From assembly GCA_963422205.2 (NCBI GenBank), contig CAXMWX010000001.1:480001-544000 (forward strand): DNA of 64,000 nucleotides, read 5' to 3'. A model generated the notes under the pieces. That model was not told where the DNA came from and searched no databases. It saw nothing but the letters and a program-made list of their open reading frames with translations. Made by a program: the position numbers and the translations under genes. This DNA comes from Gammaproteobacteria bacterium. GTDB taxonomy: Bacteria > Pseudomonadota > Gammaproteobacteria > Eutrophobiales > Eutrophobiaceae. Numbering within the stretch: the first letter of the stretch is position 1; each line of letters begins with the position of its first letter. Positions 19,421 through 28,156 of the stretch are shown here, piece after piece.

Positions 19421-19777
19421 TTACGTTACCGGTTGAATTGATGAGATTTTCTCTACATCCACTGCCAGGTGTTTTGAGAGCGGCATACCGCTGCCCGCCG
19501 TATCGCTTTCCATAAGCTGGCTGGACTGGGGGCCGTAGGGAATGAACAGCATACCGGCGGGCAGACCGGTGCCCGCCGTACAGGTGACGATTGCCTCGCC
19601 GATGGCATTGCTTAACCGCAGGCGATCGCCCTCGCTGAACCCCAGGTGCTGCATATCCTCCTGACTCATCTCGACAGTGGAGGTGACTTGCTGGTAGTCC
19701 GCTTTCAGCTTACCTTTGTTGAGTGTGGTGCCCTGTTGTTTCGAACGCCCGGGCACCAGGAGCATATTTGTTGGCAT
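19421..19777 (-). CDS. fwdD: Formylmethanofuran dehydrogenase subunit D (molybdopterin dinucleotide-binding)
   Basis: LVPGRSKQQG...GK...Y, MSQEDMQHLGFSEGDRLRL, LPAGMLFIPYGP, TAGSGMPLSK.L.VDVE match the FwdD/FmdD pattern; 6 nt upstream of fwdB. Confidence 0.87.
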   Translation of the reverse strand: MPTNMLLVPGRSKQQGTTLNKGKLKADYQQVTSTVEMSQEDMQHLGFSEGDRLRLSNAIGEAIVTCTAGTGLPAGMLFIPYGPQSSQLMESDTAGSGMPLSKHLAVDVEKISSIQPVT

Positions 19778-19958
19778 AGATTGGCTCCGTTGCAGCGCAA
19801 CATAAATTATTGATATTATGCAGGTATTACGCTCGGAAACATGCCATCGCTACTGTCCCCTGATACGGGTTTCAGTAATATCACTTTCAGCGATGAGCGT
19901 CAAATTAAGACCAATACAACGCGATGGCAGAGAAAACCATGACAGATCATACCAGAGC

Positions 19959-20969
19959 ATGAAGACGGCAGTCCGTGTTACGGCACCTGCCCGCCTGCAC
20001 CTGGGGTTTTTGGATTTGAACGGTGGGATGGGCAGGCGTTTTGGCAGTATCGGTGTGGGCATACAAGGCATCGCTACTCGTCTTCGGCTGCACCACAGCC
20101 GGGAGGTACGCATCATCGGGGCAGATGATCATGGCCTGGTTGAGGCTGTCCGCCGTTTGCTGGATCACTTCGCCATCAAGACCGGTGTGGCGGTACAGGT
20201 GGAACAGCAGATCCCCGCCCATCAGGGTTTGGGCTCTGGCACACAGATGGCGCTGGCGCTGGGGGTGGCGATAAGCCGTTTGTTTGGTATACACGCCAGG
20301 GTTGAACACATCGCTGCGGCCATGGGCCGGGGCCGGCGCTCCGGTATTGGTATCGGCGTGTTCAACCATGGCGGTTTTATTGTGGACAGCGGCCGGGCTG
20401 GGCGGCAGGCTGTGCCTTGCGTGATCTCGCATTTGCCGTTTCCAGAGGGCTGGCCGTTTGCACTGATAGGCGATAGCTCGGTGAGGGGGATCAGCGGCCT
20501 TGCCGAGACCGATGCCTTCGCTGCATTGCCCGCTATCGGCGGTGATTTGGCCGCCGAAGTCTGCCGTCTGGTGCTGATGCAGACCCTGCCTGGCATTATC
20601 GAAAGGGACTGTGTACAGTTTGGCCGCTCGGTCAGCCGGATACAGCAGATTTATGGCGAGTACTTCAGGCCGGCACAAGGCGGCGCCTATGCCAGCGAGC
20701 GGGTAGCGCAGGCGGTGGGGTTTTTGCAGGCTAGGGGGGCAACCGGTGGCGGGCAGACTTCCTGGGGGCCGACAGGTTTTGCGATCTTCCCCGATCAGAT
20801 AACAGCACAACGTGCGCTCACTGAGCTTGCCGGGCAGAGCGGTGCGGACAGCACGCTGCATGTGCAATTAACGGCGGCTGAAAACAGGCCGGCGCGTATC
20901 CACAGCGAGCCGGATGATTCTGGTAACAGAGCGGCTAACAGGGTTGCACAGGTAAAGACTCATGAATAA
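19959..20969 (+). CDS. mptG: Beta-ribofuranosylaminobenzene 5'-phosphate synthase (GHMP family; H4MPT biosynthesis)
   Basis: VTAPARLHLGFLDLNG..GRRFGSIG, IPAHQGLGSGTQ, GRGRRSGIG, GGFIVDSG, GQTSWGPTGF. Confidence 0.9.
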   Translation: MKTAVRVTAPARLHLGFLDLNGGMGRRFGSIGVGIQGIATRLRLHHSREVRIIGADDHGLVEAVRRLLDHFAIKTGVAVQVEQQIPAHQGLGSGTQMALALGVAISRLFGIHARVEHIAAAMGRGRRSGIGIGVFNHGGFIVDSGRAGRQAVPCVISHLPFPEGWPFALIGDSSVRGISGLAETDAFAALPAIGGDLAAEVCRLVLMQTLPGIIERDCVQFGRSVSRIQQIYGEYFRPAQGGAYASERVAQAVGFLQARGATGGGQTSWGPTGFAIFPDQITAQRALTELAGQSGADSTLHVQLTAAENRPARIHSEPDDSGNRAANRVAQVKTHE

Positions 20970-21978
20970 ACCAGAGACAGTAGAAATAACGGCCGCTGCC
21001 CTCACCGCATTGCCCAGTATTAATGCGTTGTCTAACCAGCGTATCGCTGACTTGCTGGCGGCCCGGCAGGCATGTCGTCTGTCAGTCACCACCCTGGCCG
21101 GCGGGACGACATTGATTGATGCCGGGATTGACGTACCGGGCGGCCTTGAGGCAGGTCGTCAGATCGCCGAGATCTGCATGGGCGGGCTTGGCTCGGTGTC
21201 ATTGCGTGCCGCCAGTGCTGGCGAGCGGTGGTGCTGGTATGTCGATGTACACAGCAATCATCCGGTGCTGGCTTGCCTCGCCAGCCAGTATGCCGGCTGG
21301 CAGTTAGCCTGTGGTGAAGGTGAACAGGCATTTAACGCCCTCGGCTCTGGCCCCGGCAGGGCGCTTGGCAGCAAGGAGGCGTTATTTGACGAGCTGGCTT
21401 ACCGGGACCGGGCAGATAAGACATCGCTGGTGCTGGAAGTCGGTAAGGTGCCGCCGTCAGCGCTGATCGAAGAGATCGCCGCGGCATGTCAGGTTGAACC
21501 TGCCGGATTGACCTTGATCCTCACGCCCACCTTGAGCTTGGCCGGCAGCGTACAGATCGTTGCCCGGGTGTTGGAGACGGCGCTGCACAAAGCCCATGAA
21601 CTGGGTTTTCCACTGGATCAGATCGTGGATGGCATGGGCAGTGCGCCGCTGTGTCCGCCTGCCGGTGATTTTTTAACTGGCATGAGCCGGGCCAACGATG
21701 CCATTTTGTTTGCCGGTCAGGTACAGTTGTTTGTGGCAGCGGATGATGTAGCGTGTGAGCACCTGGCAGCACGCCTGCCCAGCAGCACATCGCCTGATTA
21801 TGGGCGGCCGTTTGCCGAGGTCTTCAAGGCGGTGGACTATGATTTCTATCGGGTCGATCCCATGCTGTTCAGCCCGGCAAAGGTGACCGTGAGTTCGCTC
21901 AACACTGGCCACAGTTTTCATGCCGGGAGGCTCGATATCGATTTGCTGGATCACTCATTCAGCCAGACTTTCAGTTGA
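20962..21978 (+). CDS. mch: Methenyl-H4MPT cyclohydrolase
   Basis: GGLEAG...AEICMGGLG, ACLASQYAGW, GSGPGRAL, VQIVARVLETALHK, NDAILF, DFYRVDPMLFSPA. Confidence 0.94.
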   Translation: MNKPETVEITAAALTALPSINALSNQRIADLLAARQACRLSVTTLAGGTTLIDAGIDVPGGLEAGRQIAEICMGGLGSVSLRAASAGERWCWYVDVHSNHPVLACLASQYAGWQLACGEGEQAFNALGSGPGRALGSKEALFDELAYRDRADKTSLVLEVGKVPPSALIEEIAAACQVEPAGLTLILTPTLSLAGSVQIVARVLETALHKAHELGFPLDQIVDGMGSAPLCPPAGDFLTGMSRANDAILFAGQVQLFVAADDVACEHLAARLPSSTSPDYGRPFAEVFKAVDYDFYRVDPMLFSPAKVTVSSLNTGHSFHAGRLDIDLLDHSFSQTFS

Positions 21979-22000
21979 TGTAAGGCCGGGCAGGGTGGCG

Positions 22001-22846
22001 GTGAGCGGCTCCTTGCAGGATAGGGTGTTTAGCAGTTTTATCATGGAAATCAAGGCGTTGAAACCCGGCAATGTGAGCCGCTACTGTGCCGGGCATGGTA
22101 TGGCGTATGCGGATTTTTATCGCAGTGCCGAGTTGGTCAGTCCTATCCTGTGCGATCCGGCATCATCGATGGGCGAGCGCTTGTTGCAGGCTGTGGAGGT
22201 GACCATGACCGAGGTCGGCTGCAATACCAACTTAGGTATGTTGCTGCTGTTTCTGCCCATTATTCGGGTATACGAACAGCGAGTGCCGCCGCCCGGGGCC
22301 TGGTCGGCCCGCCTTCATGCGCTTGTGGTTGGGGTGCAGGCAGCGGAATCGGCTTTGTTTTTTGCCGCTATCGGCCGGGCGAATCCGGGCGGCCTGGGTA
22401 CGGTTGAGCGCTATGATGTGACTAAAAAACCGTCAGTTACGCTGTCAACAGCCATGCAGGCGGCCAGGGACAGGGACTGGATAGCTGCCCAGTATTGCAA
22501 TGGCTATGCCCAGGTGCTTGATTTTGGACTTTCTGCTCTTAATGACTACGTTCAGCGTTGGAATAGTGTAGAATGGGCGACTGTGGGCTGTTATCTTTCC
22601 TATATGGCGACGCTGAATGACTCGCATATTGTCAGGAAATCCGGTCTGCTTGTGGCAGAGCAGACAAGACAGCAGGCGGCGCCGGTTTTAGCCCAGTTTG
22701 ATAATTATAACAATCCAGAGCGGGCAGCAGATCTGTTACTGGCGTTCGATAAAACACTTAAAAGAGCAGGCATTAATCCTGGCACCAGTGCTGATCTGAC
22801 GGCCGCCACGCTGCTGCTGTATCAGTTGGGTGTCAGACCGTTTTAA
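22001..22846 (+). CDS. Orf7, CitG (triphosphoribosyl-dephospho-CoA synthase)-family protein of H4MPT clusters
   Basis: [47 protein letters not shown]; GTG start position uncertain. Confidence 0.85.
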   Translation: MSGSLQDRVFSSFIMEIKALKPGNVSRYCAGHGMAYADFYRSAELVSPILCDPASSMGERLLQAVEVTMTEVGCNTNLGMLLLFLPIIRVYEQRVPPPGAWSARLHALVVGVQAAESALFFAAIGRANPGGLGTVERYDVTKKPSVTLSTAMQAARDRDWIAAQYCNGYAQVLDFGLSALNDYVQRWNSVEWATVGCYLSYMATLNDSHIVRKSGLLVAEQTRQQAAPVLAQFDNYNNPERAADLLLAFDKTLKRAGINPGTSADLTAATLLLYQLGVRPF

Positions 22847-22914
22847 TCTGTAGTATGACCCGGGCATTTGCCCTCGATAAAAACCTTGAAGTTTCTAACA
22901 GGAGGAGACGAAAA

Positions 22915-23427
22915 ATGGCAGTAGTAGATAAAGTACTTGTAGGTGAGGCATTGGTGGGTGAGGGCAATGAAGTTGCTCATATCGATCTGATTATGGGGCC
23001 TCGAGGGAGTGCTGCTGAGACGGCAGCATGTAATGCACTGACCAATAACAAAGATGGTTTTACCTCACTCTTGGCGGTGGTCTCGCCCAACCTGGCCTGT
23101 AAACCCACCACGGTGATGTTTAACAAGGTGACGATTAAAGGCGCAACACAGGCGGTGCAGATGTTCGGCCCGGCCCAGCGCGCTGTCTCAATGGCGGTGA
23201 TGGATTGTGTGGAAGATGGCACTATCCCGGCCGATGAGGCGGATGATATTTATGTCTGTGTCGGGGTGTTTATCCACTGGCTGGCTGAGGATGATGCCAA
23301 GATTCAGGATTATAACTATGAAGCCACCAAGCTCTCTATCAAGCGGGCTGTGGCGGGCGAGCCGAAGGCCTCTGAGGTGTTGAGCAAGCGCGGCGATGCC
23401 GATCATCCTTTCCAGGCACACTCCTAG
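22915..23427 (+). CDS. fae: Formaldehyde-activating enzyme
   Basis: [57 protein letters not shown]; RBS ggagga. Confidence 0.96.
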   Translation: MAVVDKVLVGEALVGEGNEVAHIDLIMGPRGSAAETAACNALTNNKDGFTSLLAVVSPNLACKPTTVMFNKVTIKGATQAVQMFGPAQRAVSMAVMDCVEDGTIPADEADDIYVCVGVFIHWLAEDDAKIQDYNYEATKLSIKRAVAGEPKASEVLSKRGDADHPFQAHS

Positions 23428-23483
23428 GGCGCACGCTTGTAAGGACACCCCGGCGTTGTTGCCAGCATTGTTGTTAAGGGTAG

Positions 23484-23517
23484 AAGGGACGGGCGTTATG
23501 CTCGTCCCTTTTTATTT
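23484..23517 (+). terminator. Rho-independent terminator after fae
   Basis: Stem-loop aagggacgggc-gttat-gctcgtccctt followed by tttattt. Confidence 0.7.
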
Positions 23518-23547
23518 GGGGTTAAGGACAGGGGGGTTAAGGACAGG
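23518..23547. repeat. Perfect 15-bp tandem direct repeat (ggggttaaggacagg x2)
   Basis: Read directly from the sequence, between the convergent fae and orf17 genes. Confidence 0.85.
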
Positions 23548-23553
23548 CGTGTT

Positions 23554-24252
23554 TTATCCGCTGCTCTCCAGTGCTGTGATCTCAGCCGGTGTGAGGCGCA
23601 TCTCATGCAGGCAGGTGCCAACCAAGGCCCCGGCCGCTGCCTGTTGTTGCAGCCGCCAGAGGTCTTCATAGCCTCGCACACCGCCGGCCATAAAGAGTCT
23701 TTTGCCGGTCTGTTTCAGCGCTGCCAGCCTTGCCAGGTCCGGCCCGTTGCGACTGCCGACAGCGTCCATGCACATCACAATGATCTCATCGGTGAGCCCC
23801 GGCTTTAGTTCGGCCAGGGCATAGGATCCGAGCAACTCGCCGTTGCGGTAATCCAGCGACAGGATGCAGTCAAAGCGATGGCATAGCCTCTGGTAGGTGC
23901 TGAGTTGGAAATCTGTCTCTGTACCCAGCACGATGCTGACCCGCCGGGGGAAATCGACATACAGCCTGTGCGGGTAGTCATGTCGCCCGGCATCCAGCCA
24001 GAGCTGAATTGCCGGATACGCCTGAAGCAGGTCACGGATGGGCAGATAGTTATCGCCAGTGTTGCTTAATGCATCAAGATCGGCGATATAAATCCGGGAA
24101 AAACAGTAATAGTTCAGATAAGCGGCCACCAGATGGTGTATGTCAGCGCTGGGACAGAGCCGACTGTTGACCGGCTGGTAGTGGTCACGTTCCCCTGGCA
24201 TCGCCTGCACCGCCTGTTGCTGCCTGATGTCAATGACAGGAATGATTTGCAT
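23554..24252 (-). CDS. HisA/HisF-related TIM-barrel protein (Orf17 of H4MPT clusters)
   Basis: MQIIPVIDI...AVQA..GERDHYQP, IYIADLDAL, LWLDAG, VLGTET, VGSRNGPD, AGGVRG. Confidence 0.85.
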   Translation of the reverse strand: MQIIPVIDIRQQQAVQAMPGERDHYQPVNSRLCPSADIHHLVAAYLNYYCFSRIYIADLDALSNTGDNYLPIRDLLQAYPAIQLWLDAGRHDYPHRLYVDFPRRVSIVLGTETDFQLSTYQRLCHRFDCILSLDYRNGELLGSYALAELKPGLTDEIIVMCMDAVGSRNGPDLARLAALKQTGKRLFMAGGVRGYEDLWRLQQQAAAGALVGTCLHEMRLTPAEITALESSG

Positions 24253-24297
24253 ATTCGGGGTATATACTGATCAGATGTGCATAGTGTACCTGCCGAG

Positions 24298-25362
24298 ATG
24301 ACAGAGCAAGCCATCATCGCCTGGGATATTGGTGGGGCGCATTTGAAGGTGGCGAGCCTTGAAAGCGGACGCCTTGCGGCAACCTGGCAGTACGCCACGC
24401 CCTTGTGGCAGGGGCTGTCTGTGCTGGATCAGGCAATCGCTGAGATAAAACAGCAAGTCGAATCGGCTGTCTGTACCCATGTCGTGACCATGACGGGCGA
24501 GCTGGTCGATGTGTTCAAACACCGCTACCAGGGCGTCGCAGAGATTATAAAGCACCTTGCGAACAGCCATGATAGTGGCAGCCATACGTTTGTTTATGCC
24601 GGTCGCCATGGTTTTGTGACAGCAGAGAAAAGCGCTCGGTATTATGCCGATATTGCCTCGGCGAACTGGCATGCCACCGCATCATTGCTGTCCCGAGCGC
24701 TGGTTTCAGGGTATCTGATCGATATCGGTACCACCACCACGGACATCATTCCATTTCATGCAGGACAGGTATGTCATCAGGGCTACACCGATCAACAGCG
24801 CATGCGTACGGATGAGCTGATCTATACCGGCGTGGTGCGTACCCCGGTGATGGCTATCGTTGATCGGGTGTTGTTTCAGGGCCAATGGCAGTCGCTTGCC
24901 GCCGAGTGCTTTGCCACCATGGCAGATGTCTACCGGCTGACGGGCGAGCTGGCGGAGCAATGTGATGTCTTGCCGACGGCCGATGGGGCGGGCAAGAGGT
25001 TGGCCGATAGCCGCCGCCGCCTGGCCAGGATGTTAGGTACCGATGTCGAAGATGACAGCACACCCGGGCAGTGGCAGGCGTTGGCACATTTCATTGCCGG
25101 CAAGCAGTATGGGCGGGTGGCGGCAGGTTTCTCGCAGGTCAAGTCCCGGCAACAGCACGTTGCTGACTGTATCGTTGCGGCCGGTGCCGGTGCTTTTCTG
25201 GTGGATAAACTGGCGCAGGAGCATGGCTGCAGGCTGTATGCGTTTGAGGACATCGTTGCATCAGGCAATCTACACGGGGGCAAGCTGCACGAGATGGCAA
25301 CGCCTAATTGCGCCAGCGCCATCGCATTGGCACAGTTATTTCACGCCTGTAACACCCCATGA
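24298..25362 (+). CDS. Hydantoinase/oxoprolinase-family protein (Orf9, MfnF-like; methylofuran biosynthesis)
   Basis: WDIGGAHLK, PLWQG, TMTGELVDVF, ASANWHATA, IDIGTTTTDIIP, ELIYTGVVRTP, FATMADVY. Confidence 0.87.
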   Translation: MTEQAIIAWDIGGAHLKVASLESGRLAATWQYATPLWQGLSVLDQAIAEIKQQVESAVCTHVVTMTGELVDVFKHRYQGVAEIIKHLANSHDSGSHTFVYAGRHGFVTAEKSARYYADIASANWHATASLLSRALVSGYLIDIGTTTTDIIPFHAGQVCHQGYTDQQRMRTDELIYTGVVRTPVMAIVDRVLFQGQWQSLAAECFATMADVYRLTGELAEQCDVLPTADGAGKRLADSRRRLARMLGTDVEDDSTPGQWQALAHFIAGKQYGRVAAGFSQVKSRQQHVADCIVAAGAGAFLVDKLAQEHGCRLYAFEDIVASGNLHGGKLHEMATPNCASAIALAQLFHACNTP

Positions 25363-26732
25363 AAATATCGGAATTACCCTATAGCAGAGACAGCGTCTCG
25401 TTATTTAACAGCATAGCGGCGGAGGAGTGGGCGGTGTTTCTTGATAGCGGTTATCCGATGATAGATCGTGGCCGCTATGACATTCTTGCCGCCCGCCCGT
25501 GGAAGACGCTGACCACCTGCGGCAGGCAAACGACTATCGTGGTTGGGGATAAATGCCGCCTTAGCCATGTCGACCCATTTCATCTGATTGCACAACACCT
25601 GGGCACGGCACAGCGCAACCTGTCCGGGTTGCCGTTCTGCGGGGGGGTGCTGGGGTATTTTTCCTATGATCTTGGCCGATGTATAGAGACCCTGCCAGTG
25701 CAGGCGGAAGATGATATTGCCCTGCCTGATATGGCGATCGGTTTTTATGACTGGTGTGTGATTGTCGATCATCATCGCCGGCGTTCCTGGCTGTATGGGG
25801 TGGGGCAATCTGACCGGACTTTTGCCGAATGGGGCGAGTTACAGGCATTGTTCAACAGCCATACCCGCCCGGTCACCCCGACACAACCCATCGATGCCGA
25901 TATCGTGGCACAAACAAGCAAACAACAATACGCCCGGGCATTTAACAAGATAAAACACTATATCCATGAAGGCGACTGTTACCAGGTGAATCTGGCACAG
26001 CGCTTCTCGGCCACGGTCAGGGAGGATCCCTGGACAGTCTATCAGCACCTGCGCCAGTCCAATCCGGCGCCATTCGCCGCCTATATGCGCCTCGCCGATC
26101 ATGCGGTGTTAAGCTCATCGCCCGAGCGGTTCATCGCCGTTACCGATCGCCTGGTGGAAGCCAAACCCATCAAGGGCACGGTAAGACGTTCCAATTTTGC
26201 CTACGAAGACAAGGCGCTGGCCGAGCAGTTACTGGAGAGCGAAAAAGACCGGGCGGAGAATTTGATGATCGTTGATCTGTTACGCAATGACATCGGCAAG
26301 AGTTGTGCAGTTGGTAGTATCAACGTGCCTCGCTTGTTTGCGCTGGAGAGCTACGCCAGTGTCCATCATCTGGTGAGCACCGTATCAGGCCGGCTGGATG
26401 CGAATAAATCGGTGCTAGACCTGCTGCGGGGGGCGTTTCCGGGCGGCTCTATTACCGGTGCGCCGAAGCGACGGGCGATGGAGATCATCGAGGAGCTGGA
26501 ACCGTCTCGTCGAAAAATCTACTGCGGTGCTATCGGCTATATTGGTCTGGATGGAAACATGGATACCAACATCGCTATCCGCACCATGATCCAGAAGGCA
26601 GACCGGCTGTATTACTGGGCCGGCGGCGGCATTGTTGCTGATTCTGATCTGGACAGTGAATACCAGGAATGCTTTGCCAAGGCCGCCGCCATGGCCGGGG
26701 TTTTTCGATGCAGCGATATCCGGTATGGGTAG
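25359..26732 (+). CDS. pabB: Aminodeoxychorismate synthase component I
   Basis: FLDSG, GYFSYDLG, GDCYQVNLAQRF, SSSPERF, KPIKGT, SEKDRAENLMIVDLLRND, FPGGSITGAPK, AGGGIVADS. Confidence 0.92.
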   Translation: MKISELPYSRDSVSLFNSIAAEEWAVFLDSGYPMIDRGRYDILAARPWKTLTTCGRQTTIVVGDKCRLSHVDPFHLIAQHLGTAQRNLSGLPFCGGVLGYFSYDLGRCIETLPVQAEDDIALPDMAIGFYDWCVIVDHHRRRSWLYGVGQSDRTFAEWGELQALFNSHTRPVTPTQPIDADIVAQTSKQQYARAFNKIKHYIHEGDCYQVNLAQRFSATVREDPWTVYQHLRQSNPAPFAAYMRLADHAVLSSSPERFIAVTDRLVEAKPIKGTVRRSNFAYEDKALAEQLLESEKDRAENLMIVDLLRNDIGKSCAVGSINVPRLFALESYASVHHLVSTVSGRLDANKSVLDLLRGAFPGGSITGAPKRRAMEIIEELEPSRRKIYCGAIGYIGLDGNMDTNIAIRTMIQKADRLYYWAGGGIVADSDLDSEYQECFAKAAAMAGVFRCSDIRYG

Positions 26733-27337
26733 TTAAGCTGGGCGGCAGCTTGGAATCTTCTTTGCCGTTGCGAGAGCTGCTGGCTCAACTCATTGTGAGC
26801 ACCGCCGGTAAGGCGGTTATCGTGCCGGGCGGGGGATGTTTTGCTGATCAGGTGCGGCAGGCGCAGTCGAAGCACCAGTTCGATGACAGCACGGCACATG
26901 CGATGGCGATTGCCGCTATGGATCAATATGGCCTGATGTTGTGTGCGTTGCATCCCCGGTTACGGCCTTTGCTTGATCTGCATGAATTACCCGGGCTGTT
27001 GCAGGGCGATCAGGTGCCGGTCTGGTTGCCTTATACCCATCGGCGGCGATTGCAAGGTGTACCGGCCACCTGGCAGGCAAGTTCAGACAGCCTCGCCCTG
27101 TGGCTGGCCGGGCAGATAGCGGATGCGGTTTTGCTGTTGCTGAAATCGACGACAGCGCCCAGTCGCTCGGTACATGAGCTGTCGAAGTCCGGCTTTCTCG
27201 ATGACCATTTCCCACGGCTCTTTGCCCGCCTCCTGCGGCCGGTGGTGTGTATCAATGCCAACACGCCGCCTGCTCTGCAAGCCGTGCTGGAAGATCCAAC
27301 CATCATCCACCAGCACTGCCTGCTGGATGGCGACTAG
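26708..27337 (+). CDS. Amino-acid-kinase-family protein (Orf21, MfnE-like)
   Basis: WVVKLGGSL, IVPGGGCFADQVR, AHAMAIAAMDQYG, WQASSDSLALWLA, LLLKS. Confidence 0.85.
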   Translation: MQRYPVWVVKLGGSLESSLPLRELLAQLIVSTAGKAVIVPGGGCFADQVRQAQSKHQFDDSTAHAMAIAAMDQYGLMLCALHPRLRPLLDLHELPGLLQGDQVPVWLPYTHRRRLQGVPATWQASSDSLALWLAGQIADAVLLLLKSTTAPSRSVHELSKSGFLDDHFPRLFARLLRPVVCINANTPPALQAVLEDPTIIHQHCLLDGD

Positions 27338-27433
27338 GATCACCTGCTTCCTTATCTTGGCCGGTGTTATCGACCTGTCGCTTGCGTGCGGCTTAACGCT
27401 GACTTCGACTTTGGGCGGTCTTTGGCGGTCATG

Positions 27434-28156
27434 TTAATCACCCTCAATCAGGGTATGCAGCTTCTGGCCAATCTGGTCAAGAAGCCCAAACCAGTTTGGA
27501 TCGTTGGTCATTAAGACTTTGGGTGTACGCGGAATAACGCCATCGTCGCTGGCAATACTGGCAGGCAAACATACACGCCAATCATCATAGGTGCATCTAC
27601 GTAATTCTGCGTTTGACTCAACGCCATAATACGCTTTAAGCCACCGCAGGGCATCAGTGTCCTGGATTAAAGGTAAGCCACGGTCAAGAGACTTCCTGCG
27701 AAAAATCGAGTTAGATACATTGCATAGCAAAACATCAAAGTCGCCTGCTAGGTAACGGTCATTATGCTTTCTGCTCAAATGGCTTCTTGATTTGTGGCAT
27801 TTGACGGTAAAATGCGGGCCTGGCGTTCTGTGGGTGCCTGTCTTGAAGCTACCACGCACCGCATTCTTGGTCTCGGCCTTCAAACGCCTTCCCGTCCTTC
27901 GATAAGTTATGCTTACGTCCTCATCTATCGATCCTGGTTGCGGGTTTAGATTCAGCTTATCAACTGACCAGTCTCTCCGATCAAGGGATTGTTTGAGTAC
28001 CACCGCCCCGATATATTCGGTGGCTTTGCCCCGTATCATCGGCAGGACTTTCTGATCCTCCAGAATATTTATCAGATTTTCCAGAGGAATATTATAGGTT
28101 GAACAGTATTCCTGAATGCTGCGATAGACGTGCAAGGCAGCGTTTTGATCAGACAT
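27434..28156 (-). CDS. Putative type II restriction endonuclease (PD-(D/E)XK-like)
   Basis: Overlaps the 3' end of the methyltransferase gene; candidate nuclease motif RGKATE...DEDVSI...KAETKNA; AT-richer than the flanks. Confidence 0.6.
   Translation of the reverse strand: MSDQNAALHVYRSIQEYCSTYNIPLENLINILEDQKVLPMIRGKATEYIGAVVLKQSLDRRDWSVDKLNLNPQPGSIDEDVSITYRRTGRRLKAETKNAVRGSFKTGTHRTPGPHFTVKCHKSRSHLSRKHNDRYLAGDFDVLLCNVSNSIFRRKSLDRGLPLIQDTDALRWLKAYYGVESNAELRRCTYDDWRVCLPASIASDDGVIPRTPKVLMTNDPNWFGLLDQIGQKLHTLIEGD

Noticed and set aside
19947-20867. 306-aa minus-strand ORF
   Set aside because: Antisense to mptG, which carries clear GHMP/RFAP synthase motifs.
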